NCBI GenBank assembly: GCA_020072805.1
Contig: JAIQGC010000001.1
Coordinates: 373-64,372, forward strand
Length of the DNA stretch: 64,000 nt
From: Terriglobia bacterium
GTDB lineage: Bacteria > Acidobacteriota > Terriglobia > Acidiferrales > UBA7541
Reading direction: 5' to 3'
Within the stretch, counting starts at the first letter, position 1; each line of letters starts with the position of its first letter. The notes beneath the pieces were generated by a model. The model saw nothing but the letters and a program-made list of their open reading frames with translations. It was not told where the DNA came from and searched no databases. Below are positions 37,711-47,284 of this stretch, piece after piece. The position numbers and the translations under genes are program-made.

Positions 37711-38184
37711 ATGAAGTTCCGCCTCATTCCGGCGCAGACCGCGAAGCAGGTTGATGCCGCGCGCGAACTCTTTCGCGAATACGCCGCGTCGCTGGGAGTA
37801 AACCTCTGCTTTCAAAATTTCGAGGAGGAACTGCGCGATCTGCCCGGAGCGTATGGACCGCCGCGCGGGCGGCTTCTGCTGGCCTATGCGCAGGAGCGGG
37901 AGGCGGGGTGCGGAGCGCTGCGGCCGCTGAACGAAGAGACATGTGAAATGAAGCGGCTGTATGTGCGGCGGGATTTTCGCGGGCAGGGGCTGGGGCGGCA
38001 ACTGGCGGAGCGGCTGATTCGCGAGGCGCGGGAGATGAGCTACCGGGCCATGCGGCTGGATACGCTGGCGGAGATGCGCGAGGCCCAGGAACTCTATCGC
38101 CGGCTGGGATTCGTGGAGATTGCGGCGTACCGCTACAACCCCGTGGCGGGCACGCGCTTCATGGAACTGGATTTGATCGGCTAG
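37711..38184 (+). CDS. GNAT-family N-acetyltransferase
   Basis: CEMKRLYVRRDFRGQGLG and AQELYRRLGF. Confidence 0.9.
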   Translation: MKFRLIPAQTAKQVDAARELFREYAASLGVNLCFQNFEEELRDLPGAYGPPRGRLLLAYAQEREAGCGALRPLNEETCEMKRLYVRRDFRGQGLGRQLAERLIREAREMSYRAMRLDTLAEMREAQELYRRLGFVEIAAYRYNPVAGTRFMELDLIG

Positions 38185-38205
38185 CCACAGTGGCCCGGGC
38201 AGCGC

Positions 38206-38229
38206 GGGAGGGGCAAGCCCCTCCCCTAC
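38206..38229 (-). repeat. GTAG-type REP palindrome
   Basis: Reverse complement is GTAG-GGGAGGGGC-TT-GCCCCTCCC. Its GTAG supplies the TAG stop of the hydrolase gene. Confidence 0.7.
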
Positions 38230-39035
38230 AGTGCGGTACTTGCGAGGAAGGCGGCTAGTGCGGCGTTGAATTCTGCTGATGCGGGAGCTTCGCTGTGGGG
38301 GCAGTGTTTTCCGTTTTCGATGAAGTGGACAGTGCTTTGCGGAAGTATTTCCTGCACGCGCTCGATTTCGCCAGGTTCGGTGCGGGGGTCGAGCCGCCCG
38401 TGGAGGAAGAGGGCGGGAACTTTTAGTTCGCCGAGACGGCCGTCGTAGAAATCTTCCTCCTGGTGGGTGGCCGCTTCTCCGATGCCCTTCCAGACCTGGC
38501 TGTGACGGCGGACGACTTCCTGCCAGCGCGGATCGCCGTGTTCGGCGGCGAGGATGCGGTGGGTTTCCGCACTCAAATTCCTGGGCTGCTCGGCGAAGCG
38601 GGCGAAGAAGGAGCGGGAAGAGGGTTTGGCGCGCCAGAGGTGGAAGGCTTCGAGGACCAGGCAGCGGCAGCGTTCGGGGGCGGAGAGGGCGATCAGGGTG
38701 GCGATAACGGCGCCGTCGCTGTGGCCCCAAAAGGCGCAATGCGAGATGCCCAGGGAGTCGAGAAAGGCGAGAGTTTCGGCGGCCGCGCGACGGTGGAAAT
38801 CGAGGGGCAACTCGCCGGGGACGCTCAGGGATTGCCCGTAGCCGGAGCGGTCGGGGATGAGGAAGCGGAAGCGGGAGCCGAGGGCCTCGATTTGGGAGTC
38901 GATGGGGTAATAGCGGTAGCCCCAGCCTCCATGGAGGAAGAGGATGGGGGAGCCGTGGCCTGCGTCGCGGTAGTGGAGCGTGACGGGGCTGGCATGAGGG
39001 GCCAGGGGCGAAGAGGGGAGATGGAGAAATGGCAT
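38226..39035 (-). CDS. Alpha/beta hydrolase
   Basis: FLHGGWG oxyanion motif, GHSDG nucleophile elbow and C-terminal His (GKHCPH). Start moved to MPFLHL. Confidence 0.9.
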   Translation of the reverse strand: MPFLHLPSSPLAPHASPVTLHYRDAGHGSPILFLHGGWGYRYYPIDSQIEALGSRFRFLIPDRSGYGQSLSVPGELPLDFHRRAAAETLAFLDSLGISHCAFWGHSDGAVIATLIALSAPERCRCLVLEAFHLWRAKPSSRSFFARFAEQPRNLSAETHRILAAEHGDPRWQEVVRRHSQVWKGIGEAATHQEEDFYDGRLGELKVPALFLHGRLDPRTEPGEIERVQEILPQSTVHFIENGKHCPHSEAPASAEFNAALAAFLASTAL

Positions 39036-39184
39036 GGGGGTTAAAGGGGAAATCCGGTCTTGGGAGAAGCGGTGGCCATGAGATGCCCTTGCTGGGCAGC
39101 GGTACAATAAGACAGAGCGGGGGCGGCGGCAACCCCGCCGGGAAGAAGGAGTTAGCGGGCGAATTTCAGGGGCAAGGAAGCTGA

Positions 39185-39214
39185 TTGACGATAACAGCGT
39201 CCGACCCGTATAAT
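39185..39214 (+). promoter_or_regulatory. sigma-70 promoter of rplU-rpmA
   Basis: TTGACG-N18-TATAAT. Confidence 0.8.
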
Positions 39215-39244
39215 TGGTGTTTGTCTTTAGGACCGGGAGGATAG

Positions 39245-39556
39245 ATGTACGCCGTCATTCAAAGCGGGGGAAAGCAGTACAAGGTAGCGCCGGGCGAGAT
39301 CGTGCGCCTGGAGAAGCTGGCCGGCAAAGTGGGGTCGAAGGTGACCTTTGACACGGTGCTGGCGGTGCACACCGACGACAAGAAGATTGTCGCGGGAGCG
39401 GAAGCGGCCAAGGCCACCGTAACGGGGAAGATCGTGGGACCGGCGAAGGGTCCGAAGCTTGCGGTGCTGAAGTTCAAGAAAACCAACCAGTACAAGATTA
39501 AGACGGGCCACCGGCAGCACTATACGTCGGTGGAAGTCAACGAAATCAAGCTGTAA
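39245..39556 (+). CDS. rplU: 50S ribosomal protein L21
   Basis: MYAVIQSGGKQYKV...GHRQHYT. Confidence 0.97.
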   Translation: MYAVIQSGGKQYKVAPGEIVRLEKLAGKVGSKVTFDTVLAVHTDDKKIVAGAEAAKATVTGKIVGPAKGPKLAVLKFKKTNQYKIKTGHRQHYTSVEVNEIKL

Positions 39557-39616
39557 CGCGGGACAATGGACGGGGCTGGAAAAACCCCGCCGAACTCACG
39601 AGAAAAGGAATCAGTC

Positions 39617-39898
39617 ATGGCACATAAGAAGGGCGGCGGATCGTCAACAAACGGCCGCGATTCACACGGACAGAGGCTGGGAGTGAAGAGGTTTGGCGGG
39701 CAGCTGGTGAATGCCGGTACGATCCTGATCCGGCAGCGCGGGACGCGGCACAAGCCCGGGCTGAACGTGGGCAAGGGCAAGGATGACACGCTGTACGCCT
39801 TGGTGACCGGGCTGGTGAAGTTCGAGGACAAGGGACGCAGCGGGCGGTTCATCAGCGTGACACCGTCCGAGCAGGCCGCCGCAACCGCCGCGGATTAA
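39617..39898 (+). CDS. rpmA: 50S ribosomal protein L27
   Basis: [24 protein letters not shown]. Confidence 0.97.
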   Translation: MAHKKGGGSSTNGRDSHGQRLGVKRFGGQLVNAGTILIRQRGTRHKPGLNVGKGKDDTLYALVTGLVKFEDKGRSGRFISVTPSEQAAATAAD

Positions 39899-39937
39899 GC
39901 AGGGCGCGGGCGGAGGATTTTCCGGTCTTCTTTACTG

Positions 39938-39968
39938 AGCGGTCCGGTTCGCCGGACCGCTTTTTATT
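39938..39968 (+). terminator. Intrinsic terminator after rpmA
   Basis: AGCGGTCCGG-TTCG-CCGGACCGCT followed by a T-tract. Confidence 0.85.
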
Positions 39969-40054
39969 TGGGGGCGGAGAAGAGGGTTTGCACGGCGAAC
40001 GATCAGGAAGCGGCTACCTACCGCGGTACTTCCGGTTCCCGGGAATGCTTGTGA

Positions 40055-41230
<1,176 letters not shown>

Positions 41231-41252
41231 AGACCCGCATTCGGGAGGCACG

Positions 41253-41981
41253 TTGACATCTTCGCAGGCGCACCGCACCAGCGCTCGGCATCCGCGGCGT
41301 ATCGCCATCTTCGGCGGCGCATTTGACCCCATCCACAACGGACATCTGGCCATCGCGCGCGCGGCGGACCGGCGGTTCAATTTCGACGAAATGCATTTTG
41401 TGCCGGCCAGCCGGCCGCCGCACAAGCGCAAGGAGCACCTGGCCGATTTCGCGCATCGCTTTGCCATGGTGGCGCTGGCCAGCGCCGAGCACCCGCATTT
41501 CATTCCTTCGCTGGCGGAGGCCGGGGACGATTTCAGCGGGCAGCAACTGCATTATTCGGTGGATACGGTGCGGCATTTCCGCCAGGTCTATCCCTCGCCG
41601 AACGACCGGCTGTTTTTTATTTTGGGAGCGGATGCGTTTCTGGACTTGCCCACGTGGAGGGAGTACGAAGCACTGCTGAGCCTGAGTGATTTTATCGTGG
41701 CCAACCGGCCGGGGATCCGCCTGGAAGCGCTGCAACTGGTAATCCCCCCGGAACTGCTCGTCAGCCAGTCGGCGCGCGGGACGCGGGGAGCGGCGGGGCA
41801 GGAGCCGGAAGGACCGGTGGTGGCGCGGCTGAACCGGACGACGGTGCATCTGCTGGAAAACGTATCGACGGAAATTTCGGCGACGGACGTGAGGCGGCGC
41901 TGCCACAAAGGACAATCCATTCACGGCCTTGTATCCGCGCGGGTCGAGGAATACATTCTCAAACAGAGCTTATACCGATGA
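41253..41981 (+). CDS. nadD: Nicotinate-nucleotide adenylyltransferase
   Basis: GGAFDPIHNGH (HxGH), PPHK, ILGADAF and ISAT. TTG start inferred from the upstream GGAGG. Confidence 0.93.
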   Translation: MTSSQAHRTSARHPRRIAIFGGAFDPIHNGHLAIARAADRRFNFDEMHFVPASRPPHKRKEHLADFAHRFAMVALASAEHPHFIPSLAEAGDDFSGQQLHYSVDTVRHFRQVYPSPNDRLFFILGADAFLDLPTWREYEALLSLSDFIVANRPGIRLEALQLVIPPELLVSQSARGTRGAAGQEPEGPVVARLNRTTVHLLENVSTEISATDVRRRCHKGQSIHGLVSARVEEYILKQSLYR

Positions 41982-42379
41982 AAATCACATCCCTGCCACA
42001 AACCGTCCGGAGCGCCATCGAGGCGGCGCAGAGCAAACAGGCCGCGGGAATTGTCGTGCTCGATCTGGGCGGGCTGGGGGCCTTTACCGATTACTTTATG
42101 ATCTGCACGGCGTTTTCGACGCCGCAGTTGCAGGCCGTCTGCCACGGCGTGGAAGAGGCCCTGGAGAAATTGGGGCGCTCGCCGGAACACCGCGAGGGCG
42201 GATACTCCTCGGACTGGGCCCTGCTGGATTACGGCGGATTCGTGGTGCACGTCTTCAGCGAACAAGGGCGCAAGTTCTACGATCTGGAGCGGCTGTGGCG
42301 CAGCGCCAAGCGCCTGGAAATTCCCGACGAGCCGGTGGGGACGTTTCGCGGGACCACTTCCGAGGGTTTGCATCCATGA
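41978..42379 (+). CDS. rsfS: Ribosome silencing factor RsfS
   Basis: FTDYFMICT, WALLDYG and FYDLERLW. Confidence 0.95.
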   Translation: MKITSLPQTVRSAIEAAQSKQAAGIVVLDLGGLGAFTDYFMICTAFSTPQLQAVCHGVEEALEKLGRSPEHREGGYSSDWALLDYGGFVVHVFSEQGRKFYDLERLWRSAKRLEIPDEPVGTFRGTTSEGLHP

Positions 42380-43317
42380 GTTCGGCCGAGCGGCTGCCGT
42401 GGATCGCCGAAGATCCCGTCTCCAAACGGCTGCTGGAAATCGCCCGCAAAGTATCCGAGGCATCCACAACACTTTTGATCACCGGGGAAAGCGGAACGGG
42501 GAAGGATCACTTCGCGCGGCTGGTGCATGAACTGGGACCGCGCCGTGACGCTCCCTTTCTAAAAATAGATTGCGCGAGCCTGCCGCCGCATCTGGTGGAG
42601 AGCGAACTCTTCGGGCATGAACGCGGGGCGTTTACCGGGGCGGTCGAACGCAAACTGGGGCGGCTGGAGATGGCCGGCGCGGGGACGATCGTGTTGGATG
42701 AAGTCGCGGCGCTGGATGCCGGGGGCCAGGGCAAGCTGCTGCGGGTGGTGCAGGAGCGCGTGTTCGAGAGGTTGGGCGGGACGGAGTCGCTGCGCATCGA
42801 AGCGCGGCTGATGGCCCTGACCAACGCAAATTTGCAGGCGGCGGTGGCCGCGGGGCGTTTTCGCGAGGATCTTTATTTCCGGCTGAACGTGCTGACCATC
42901 GCCATACCGCCATTGCGCGAGCGCGGCGCGGACATTCTGCCGCTGGCAGAAAGCCTGCTGGGAACACTGCGCATGGTGCATGGAAAGCCCAATGCGCAAT
43001 TGAGCGAGGCCACCCGGCGAATGTTTGGCGCGTATGCATGGCCGGGGAATATCCGGGAGATGCGCAACGTCCTGGAGCGCGCGGTGTTGTTTTCCGACGG
43101 GGGCTTGCTGGAACCGGGCGATTTTCCGGAGTCGTTGCGGGCTGCCCTCGGCGGCGGGGTCATGCTGGGCAGGCTGCGCTCGCTCGAGGAGATCGAGCGG
43201 GAAGCGATTGCGGCGACGCTGGAAGCGACCCGCTACGGGATTTCCAAGAGCGCGGAGATCTTGGGGATCAGCCGGAAGACGCTGTTGGAGAAGAGAAAGA
43301 AGTTCGGATTGAAGTGA
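42376..43317 (+). CDS. sigma-54-dependent activator (AAA+ and Fis HTH) lacking an N-terminal regulatory domain
   Basis: ATGA overlap with the rsfS stop. GESGTGKD, ESELFGHERGAFTGA, LDEV, FREDLYFRL, WPGNIREMRN and a Fis-type HTH. Only about 25 aa precede the Walker A motif region. Confidence 0.9.
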   Translation: MSSAERLPWIAEDPVSKRLLEIARKVSEASTTLLITGESGTGKDHFARLVHELGPRRDAPFLKIDCASLPPHLVESELFGHERGAFTGAVERKLGRLEMAGAGTIVLDEVAALDAGGQGKLLRVVQERVFERLGGTESLRIEARLMALTNANLQAAVAAGRFREDLYFRLNVLTIAIPPLRERGADILPLAESLLGTLRMVHGKPNAQLSEATRRMFGAYAWPGNIREMRNVLERAVLFSDGGLLEPGDFPESLRAALGGGVMLGRLRSLEEIEREAIAATLEATRYGISKSAEILGISRKTLLEKRKKFGLK

Positions 43318-43325
43318 GCGAAGAC

Positions 43326-43363
43326 GTGACTTGTGGTTTGTGACTCGTGACTCGTGACTCGTG
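43326..43363 (+). repeat. 7-nt tandem repeat (GTGACTC)n, ~5.4 degenerate units
   Basis: GTGACTT GTGGTTT GTGACTC GTGACTC GTGACTC GTG. Confidence 0.85.
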
Positions 43364-43378
43364 CAAATCAAGACTTAG

Positions 43379-43587
43379 CCCGCATTTCTCACAAGAGTCA
43401 GTTTGTAGGGGCGGGGCTTGCCCCGCCCGCTGCTCCATTGGCACGGTTTCCTGTTTCGCCGTGCGCGTAACACTGCGAACTTTTTCCCGCCAGTAAAATT
43501 GGCCCGCAATCTGTAGCCGCCCTCTTCAGAGGGCGGGCTTTTCCACTCCACCCGCCCTTACCCGCTACTCTTGGTGAGAAATGCGGG
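43379..43587 (+). mobile_element. MITE-like element, copy 1 (209 bp)
   Basis: Perfect 14-bp terminal inverted repeat CCCGCATTTCTCAC/GTGAGAAATGCGGG. Flanks TTAG/TCAG. No ORF. Same-length copy at 47076-47284. Confidence 0.8.
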
Positions 43588-43693
43588 TCAGCCCGCGCAT
43601 TTTAAAATCAGCCCGTCCGTTCCGGTAGCCTGCTCTTCCCTCTCGACGTTCAACTTTTAACTTTCAGCTGCAAACTGCGCTAAAGTACCTCCT

Positions 43694-44122
43694 ATGCGCA
43701 TACGCTTGATCCTGCTGGGCAAGACGCGGCGCGCGGAGATGCGCGCCCTGCTCGAGGATTACGCCAAGCGCATTGCCCGCCACGCGCCGGTGGAAATCAC
43801 GGAAGCGCGGGACAGCGCGGCGGCGCTGAAACGACTGGATGCGGACCGCGCGGCGACGGTGGTGCTGCTGGATGCCGCGGGTAAACAGCCGGATTCGGCG
43901 GCCTTCGCGAAATGGATGGGGGAGTTGCGCGACCGCGGAACGCGCGAGCTGATTTTTCTGTGCGGGGAGGCCGAAGGGTTTCCCGAGGAACTGCGCAAGC
44001 GCGCCCAGCATAAGCTGTCGCTGAGCGCGATGACATTTTCGCACGAATTAGCCCGGGTGGCCCTGGCCGAGCAGATTTACCGCGCGTTCGCGATTCTTTC
44101 CGGAAGTCCGTATCCGAAGTAA
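43694..44122 (+). CDS. rlmH: 23S rRNA pseudouridine1915 N3-methyltransferase
   Basis: LIFLCGEAEGF, LSLSAMTFSHELARV, EQIYRA and PYPK. Confidence 0.93.
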   Translation: MRIRLILLGKTRRAEMRALLEDYAKRIARHAPVEITEARDSAAALKRLDADRAATVVLLDAAGKQPDSAAFAKWMGELRDRGTRELIFLCGEAEGFPEELRKRAQHKLSLSAMTFSHELARVALAEQIYRAFAILSGSPYPK

Positions 44123-44243
44123 ATCGCTTCCTGGATGGCGGCGGGCGAAGAATGCCGAGTGCCCGTGACGGGACTCTCCCACTTTCTATATAATCACGGC
44201 AGTCCGGCGATGTGGGCGGCAATCCGGTCGGGGCGGGCTGGAG

Positions 44244-45461
44244 ATGGCGGCGCAGATGCGATTCGAATTCAGCGAAAAATCAAGAGAACTGCAGGGCCGT
44301 TTGCGGGCCTTTATGGACGAGCATGTCTACCCGAATGAGCGGCGTTTTGAGGAAGAGATCTCCCGGGCGCGGTGGACGCCAACGGCGGTCGTCGAGGAGC
44401 TGAAAGAGAAAGCGCGGGCGGCGGGGCTGTGGAATCTGTTTCTGCCGGAGAGCGAGCACGGAGCAGGACTTTCGAATTTCGATTACGCGCCCCTGTGCGA
44501 AATCATGGGGCGCAGCCCGATGGCCCCGGAGATTTTCAATTGCAACGCGCCGGACACCGGCAACATGGAAGTGCTGGCGCGTTACGGAACGCCGGAGCAG
44601 AAAAAACGCTGGCTGGAACCCCTGCTGGCGGGGGAAATCCGTTCCTGTTTTGCCATGACCGAACCGGCGGTGGCCTCTTCGGACGCCACCAATATCGCCG
44701 CCAGCATCCGGCGCGAAGCTGCCGGGTATGTGCTGAACGGGCGCAAGTGGTGGTCCACCGGCGGCGGCGACCCGCGCTGCAAAGTGGCCGTCTTCATGGG
44801 CAAGACGGACCCGGGAGCGGCGCTGCACAAGCAGCAGTCCATGGTGCTGGTGCCCATGGACGCTCCGGGCGTGAAGATCGACCGCATGCTGACGGTCTAC
44901 GGATATGACAGCGCGCCGCACGGCCACGCGGAAATCAGTTTCGAAAACGTGCGCATCCCCGCGGAAAACATGCTGCTGGGCGAAGGGCGGGGATTCGAAA
45001 TCGCCCAGGGGCGACTGGGGCCGGGGCGCATCCACCACTGCATGCGCTGCATCGGTGTGGCGGAGCGCGCGCTGGAGCTGATGTGCAAGAGGGTGCGCGC
45101 GCGGGTGGCCTTCGGCAAGCCCTTGGCGGAGCAGGGATCGATTCGCGCGGACATTGCGCGTTCGCGCATGGAAATCGAACAGGCCCGTCTGCTGACGCTG
45201 AAGGCGGCGCACAAGATGGACCTTGTGGGCAACAAAGAGGCGCGCACGGAGATCGCCATGATCAAAGTGGTGGCCCCCAACGTGACCCTGAATGTGCTGG
45301 ACCGCGCGATTCAGGCCCAAGGCGGGGCGGGAGTTTCCCAGGACACTTTTTTGGCGGCGGCGTGGGCGCATGTGCGGACGCTGCGGCTGGCGGACGGTCC
45401 CGACGAAGTGCACATGGAATCGGTGGCGCGGTGGGAACTGAAGAAGTGGGAGAAGCGGTAA
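44244..45461 (+). CDS. Acyl-CoA dehydrogenase, ACAD10/11 (LvaC/FadE2)-like
   Basis: [44 protein letters not shown] and LADGPDEVH. Confidence 0.92.
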   Translation: MAAQMRFEFSEKSRELQGRLRAFMDEHVYPNERRFEEEISRARWTPTAVVEELKEKARAAGLWNLFLPESEHGAGLSNFDYAPLCEIMGRSPMAPEIFNCNAPDTGNMEVLARYGTPEQKKRWLEPLLAGEIRSCFAMTEPAVASSDATNIAASIRREAAGYVLNGRKWWSTGGGDPRCKVAVFMGKTDPGAALHKQQSMVLVPMDAPGVKIDRMLTVYGYDSAPHGHAEISFENVRIPAENMLLGEGRGFEIAQGRLGPGRIHHCMRCIGVAERALELMCKRVRARVAFGKPLAEQGSIRADIARSRMEIEQARLLTLKAAHKMDLVGNKEARTEIAMIKVVAPNVTLNVLDRAIQAQGGAGVSQDTFLAAAWAHVRTLRLADGPDEVHMESVARWELKKWEKR

Positions 45462-45479
45462 GCGCCGCAGGAGGCGATT

Positions 45480-45944
45480 GTGCCGCCGCTACGACTGGAT
45501 ACCCCCGAAGCGCTCGAAACGTATGCAGGCCGCGAAGTCGCGGTGACGGAGTGGCTGACGATCACGCAGGAGCGCATCGCCAGGTTTGCGGAGGCTACGG
45601 ACGATCACCAGTGGCTGCACGTGGATGAGGAGCGCGCGGCGCGGGAATCGCCGTTTGGCGGAACGATCGCGCACGGATTTCTGACGCTCTCCCTGCTCAG
45701 CAAATTCATGCGCGACTCGCTGGATATTCGCGGCGGTGCCCGCCGGCTGATCAATTACGGGCTGAACCGGGTGCGATTTATTTCGCCAGTGCGCGCGGGG
45801 TCGAAAATTCGCGCGCGCATCGAGCTGCAATCGTTCCGGCGGCTTGCCGACGCCTGCGAAGGGACTTTTCTGATCACGGTAGAGCTGGAAGGAGCGGGGA
45901 AGCCCTGCTGCGTGGCGGAATGGATTTACCGCTTTTATCCCTGA
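45480..45944 (+). CDS. MaoC-family dehydratase
   Basis: FAEATDDHQWLHVD, TIAHGFLTLSL and NYGLNRVRF. Confidence 0.9.
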   Translation: MPPLRLDTPEALETYAGREVAVTEWLTITQERIARFAEATDDHQWLHVDEERAARESPFGGTIAHGFLTLSLLSKFMRDSLDIRGGARRLINYGLNRVRFISPVRAGSKIRARIELQSFRRLADACEGTFLITVELEGAGKPCCVAEWIYRFYP

Positions 45945-45954
45945 GAGCGGTCTT

Positions 45955-47022
45955 TCACAGGGAGCCGGTTTCCGCGGTGCGCACAGCGGCGCGCAGCAGG
46001 ATGCGGGCGACCTCGGCCAGGGCGGCGAAGCGCGGGTCTTTGGTGAGACCCTGATGGTAGCGGAAGTAGATCTGCTGGACGATCACGGCCAGCTTGAATT
46101 GCCCCAGAACAAGATGAAAGACCATATCGGAGACGCTGCGGCCGCTGCTGTGCGCATAACGCTCGACTAACTGCGCGCGAGTCAAACTTCCCGGAAGCGC
46201 GGTGGGGCCCCAGGAGATCTGCTGCAATTCGGGCGGGTCGGCGGGCTCGATCCAGTAGGCCAGGGCCATGCCCAGGTCGGAGAGCGGGTCGCCGAGGGTG
46301 CACATTTCCCAGTCGAGGACGCCTGTGATGCGGGTGAGGTTAGCGGGATCGAGCACGACGTTGTCGTACTTGTAGTCGTTGTGAATGAGCGCGGCCGCCG
46401 AGGAAGCAGGGAGGGCTGAGTAAAGCCAGCGGGAGAGAAATTCGATTTCGGGAAGATCATGGGTGCGCGAAGCGTGGTAGCGCTCGATCCAGCCGCGCAC
46501 CTGGCGCGCGAGATAGCCCTCGGGCTTGCCCAGATCGGCGAGGCCGGCGCGGGCGTAATCGAGCGAGTGTAGAAGAGCGAGATTATCGATGAAGGATTCG
46601 CTGAGCCGGCGGACGGTTTCGGGAGGAAGGGCGAGGCCGGGAGGAAGTTCGCGGCGGAGGATAACGCCGCGGATGCGCTGCATGAGATAGAAAGGGGCGC
46701 CGAGGATGGAATCGTCGTCGCAGAAAAGGTGGACTTGCGGCGCGGGCGGATAGACGGGGTGGAGTTTTGAAAGAACGCGGAACTCGCGGCCCATGTCGTG
46801 CGCGGATTTCACCTTGCTGCCGAAGGGCGGGCGGCGGAGGACGAACTCGCGGTCGCCGAGGCGCACGAAGTAAGTGAGATTGGAATGGCCGCTGGGAAAT
46901 TGTTCGACGAGGAGAGGGCCGGCGGCTTTCGGAAAATGGGCGCGGAGATAGGGCTCGAGTTTGGCGAGATCGAGTTCTTCGCCGGGTCGGACGGGGCGGG
47001 TGGGGTCCTGGAAGCTGATCAT
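45955..47022 (-). CDS. APH-family phosphotransferase (ACAD10 kinase/LvaA-like)
   Basis: GHSNLTY, LRRPP, AHDMGRE, IHNDYKYDN and LDWEMCTLGDPLSDLG. Confidence 0.9.
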   Translation of the reverse strand: MISFQDPTRPVRPGEELDLAKLEPYLRAHFPKAAGPLLVEQFPSGHSNLTYFVRLGDREFVLRRPPFGSKVKSAHDMGREFRVLSKLHPVYPPAPQVHLFCDDDSILGAPFYLMQRIRGVILRRELPPGLALPPETVRRLSESFIDNLALLHSLDYARAGLADLGKPEGYLARQVRGWIERYHASRTHDLPEIEFLSRWLYSALPASSAAALIHNDYKYDNVVLDPANLTRITGVLDWEMCTLGDPLSDLGMALAYWIEPADPPELQQISWGPTALPGSLTRAQLVERYAHSSGRSVSDMVFHLVLGQFKLAVIVQQIYFRYHQGLTKDPRFAALAEVARILLRAAVRTAETGSL

Positions 47023-47075
47023 AGAGGTTTCCCCTGCGGCGCGCAGCCATCCCTCCCAAGAAAAAATATGCCTAG

Positions 47076-47284
47076 CCCGTATTTCTCACAAGAGTAAGTT
47101 TGTAGGGGCAGGGCTTGCCCCGCCCGCTGCTCCATTGGCACGGTTTCCTGTTTCGCCGTGCCCGTAACACTGCGGTCTTTCTCCTACCGTTAAACTTTGC
47201 GCGCAATCTGTAGCCGCCCTCTTCAGAGGGCGGGCTTTTCCACTGCACCCACCCACACCCGCTCCTCCTGGTGAGAAATGCGGA
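47076..47284 (+). mobile_element. MITE-like element, copy 2 (209 bp)
   Basis: Ends CCCGTATTTCTCAC...GTGAGAAATGCGGA with flanks CTAG/TTAG. Highly similar to 43379-43587 along its whole length. Confidence 0.8.

Noticed and set aside
43326-43588. CRISPR array
   Set aside because: The repeats are 7-nt tandem units or REP hairpins without regularly sized unique spacers, and no cas genes are present.
43379-47284. Composite transposon formed by the two MITE copies
   Set aside because: The enclosed DNA includes the housekeeping gene rlmH and host-style genes, and there is no transposase. Independent insertions are simpler.
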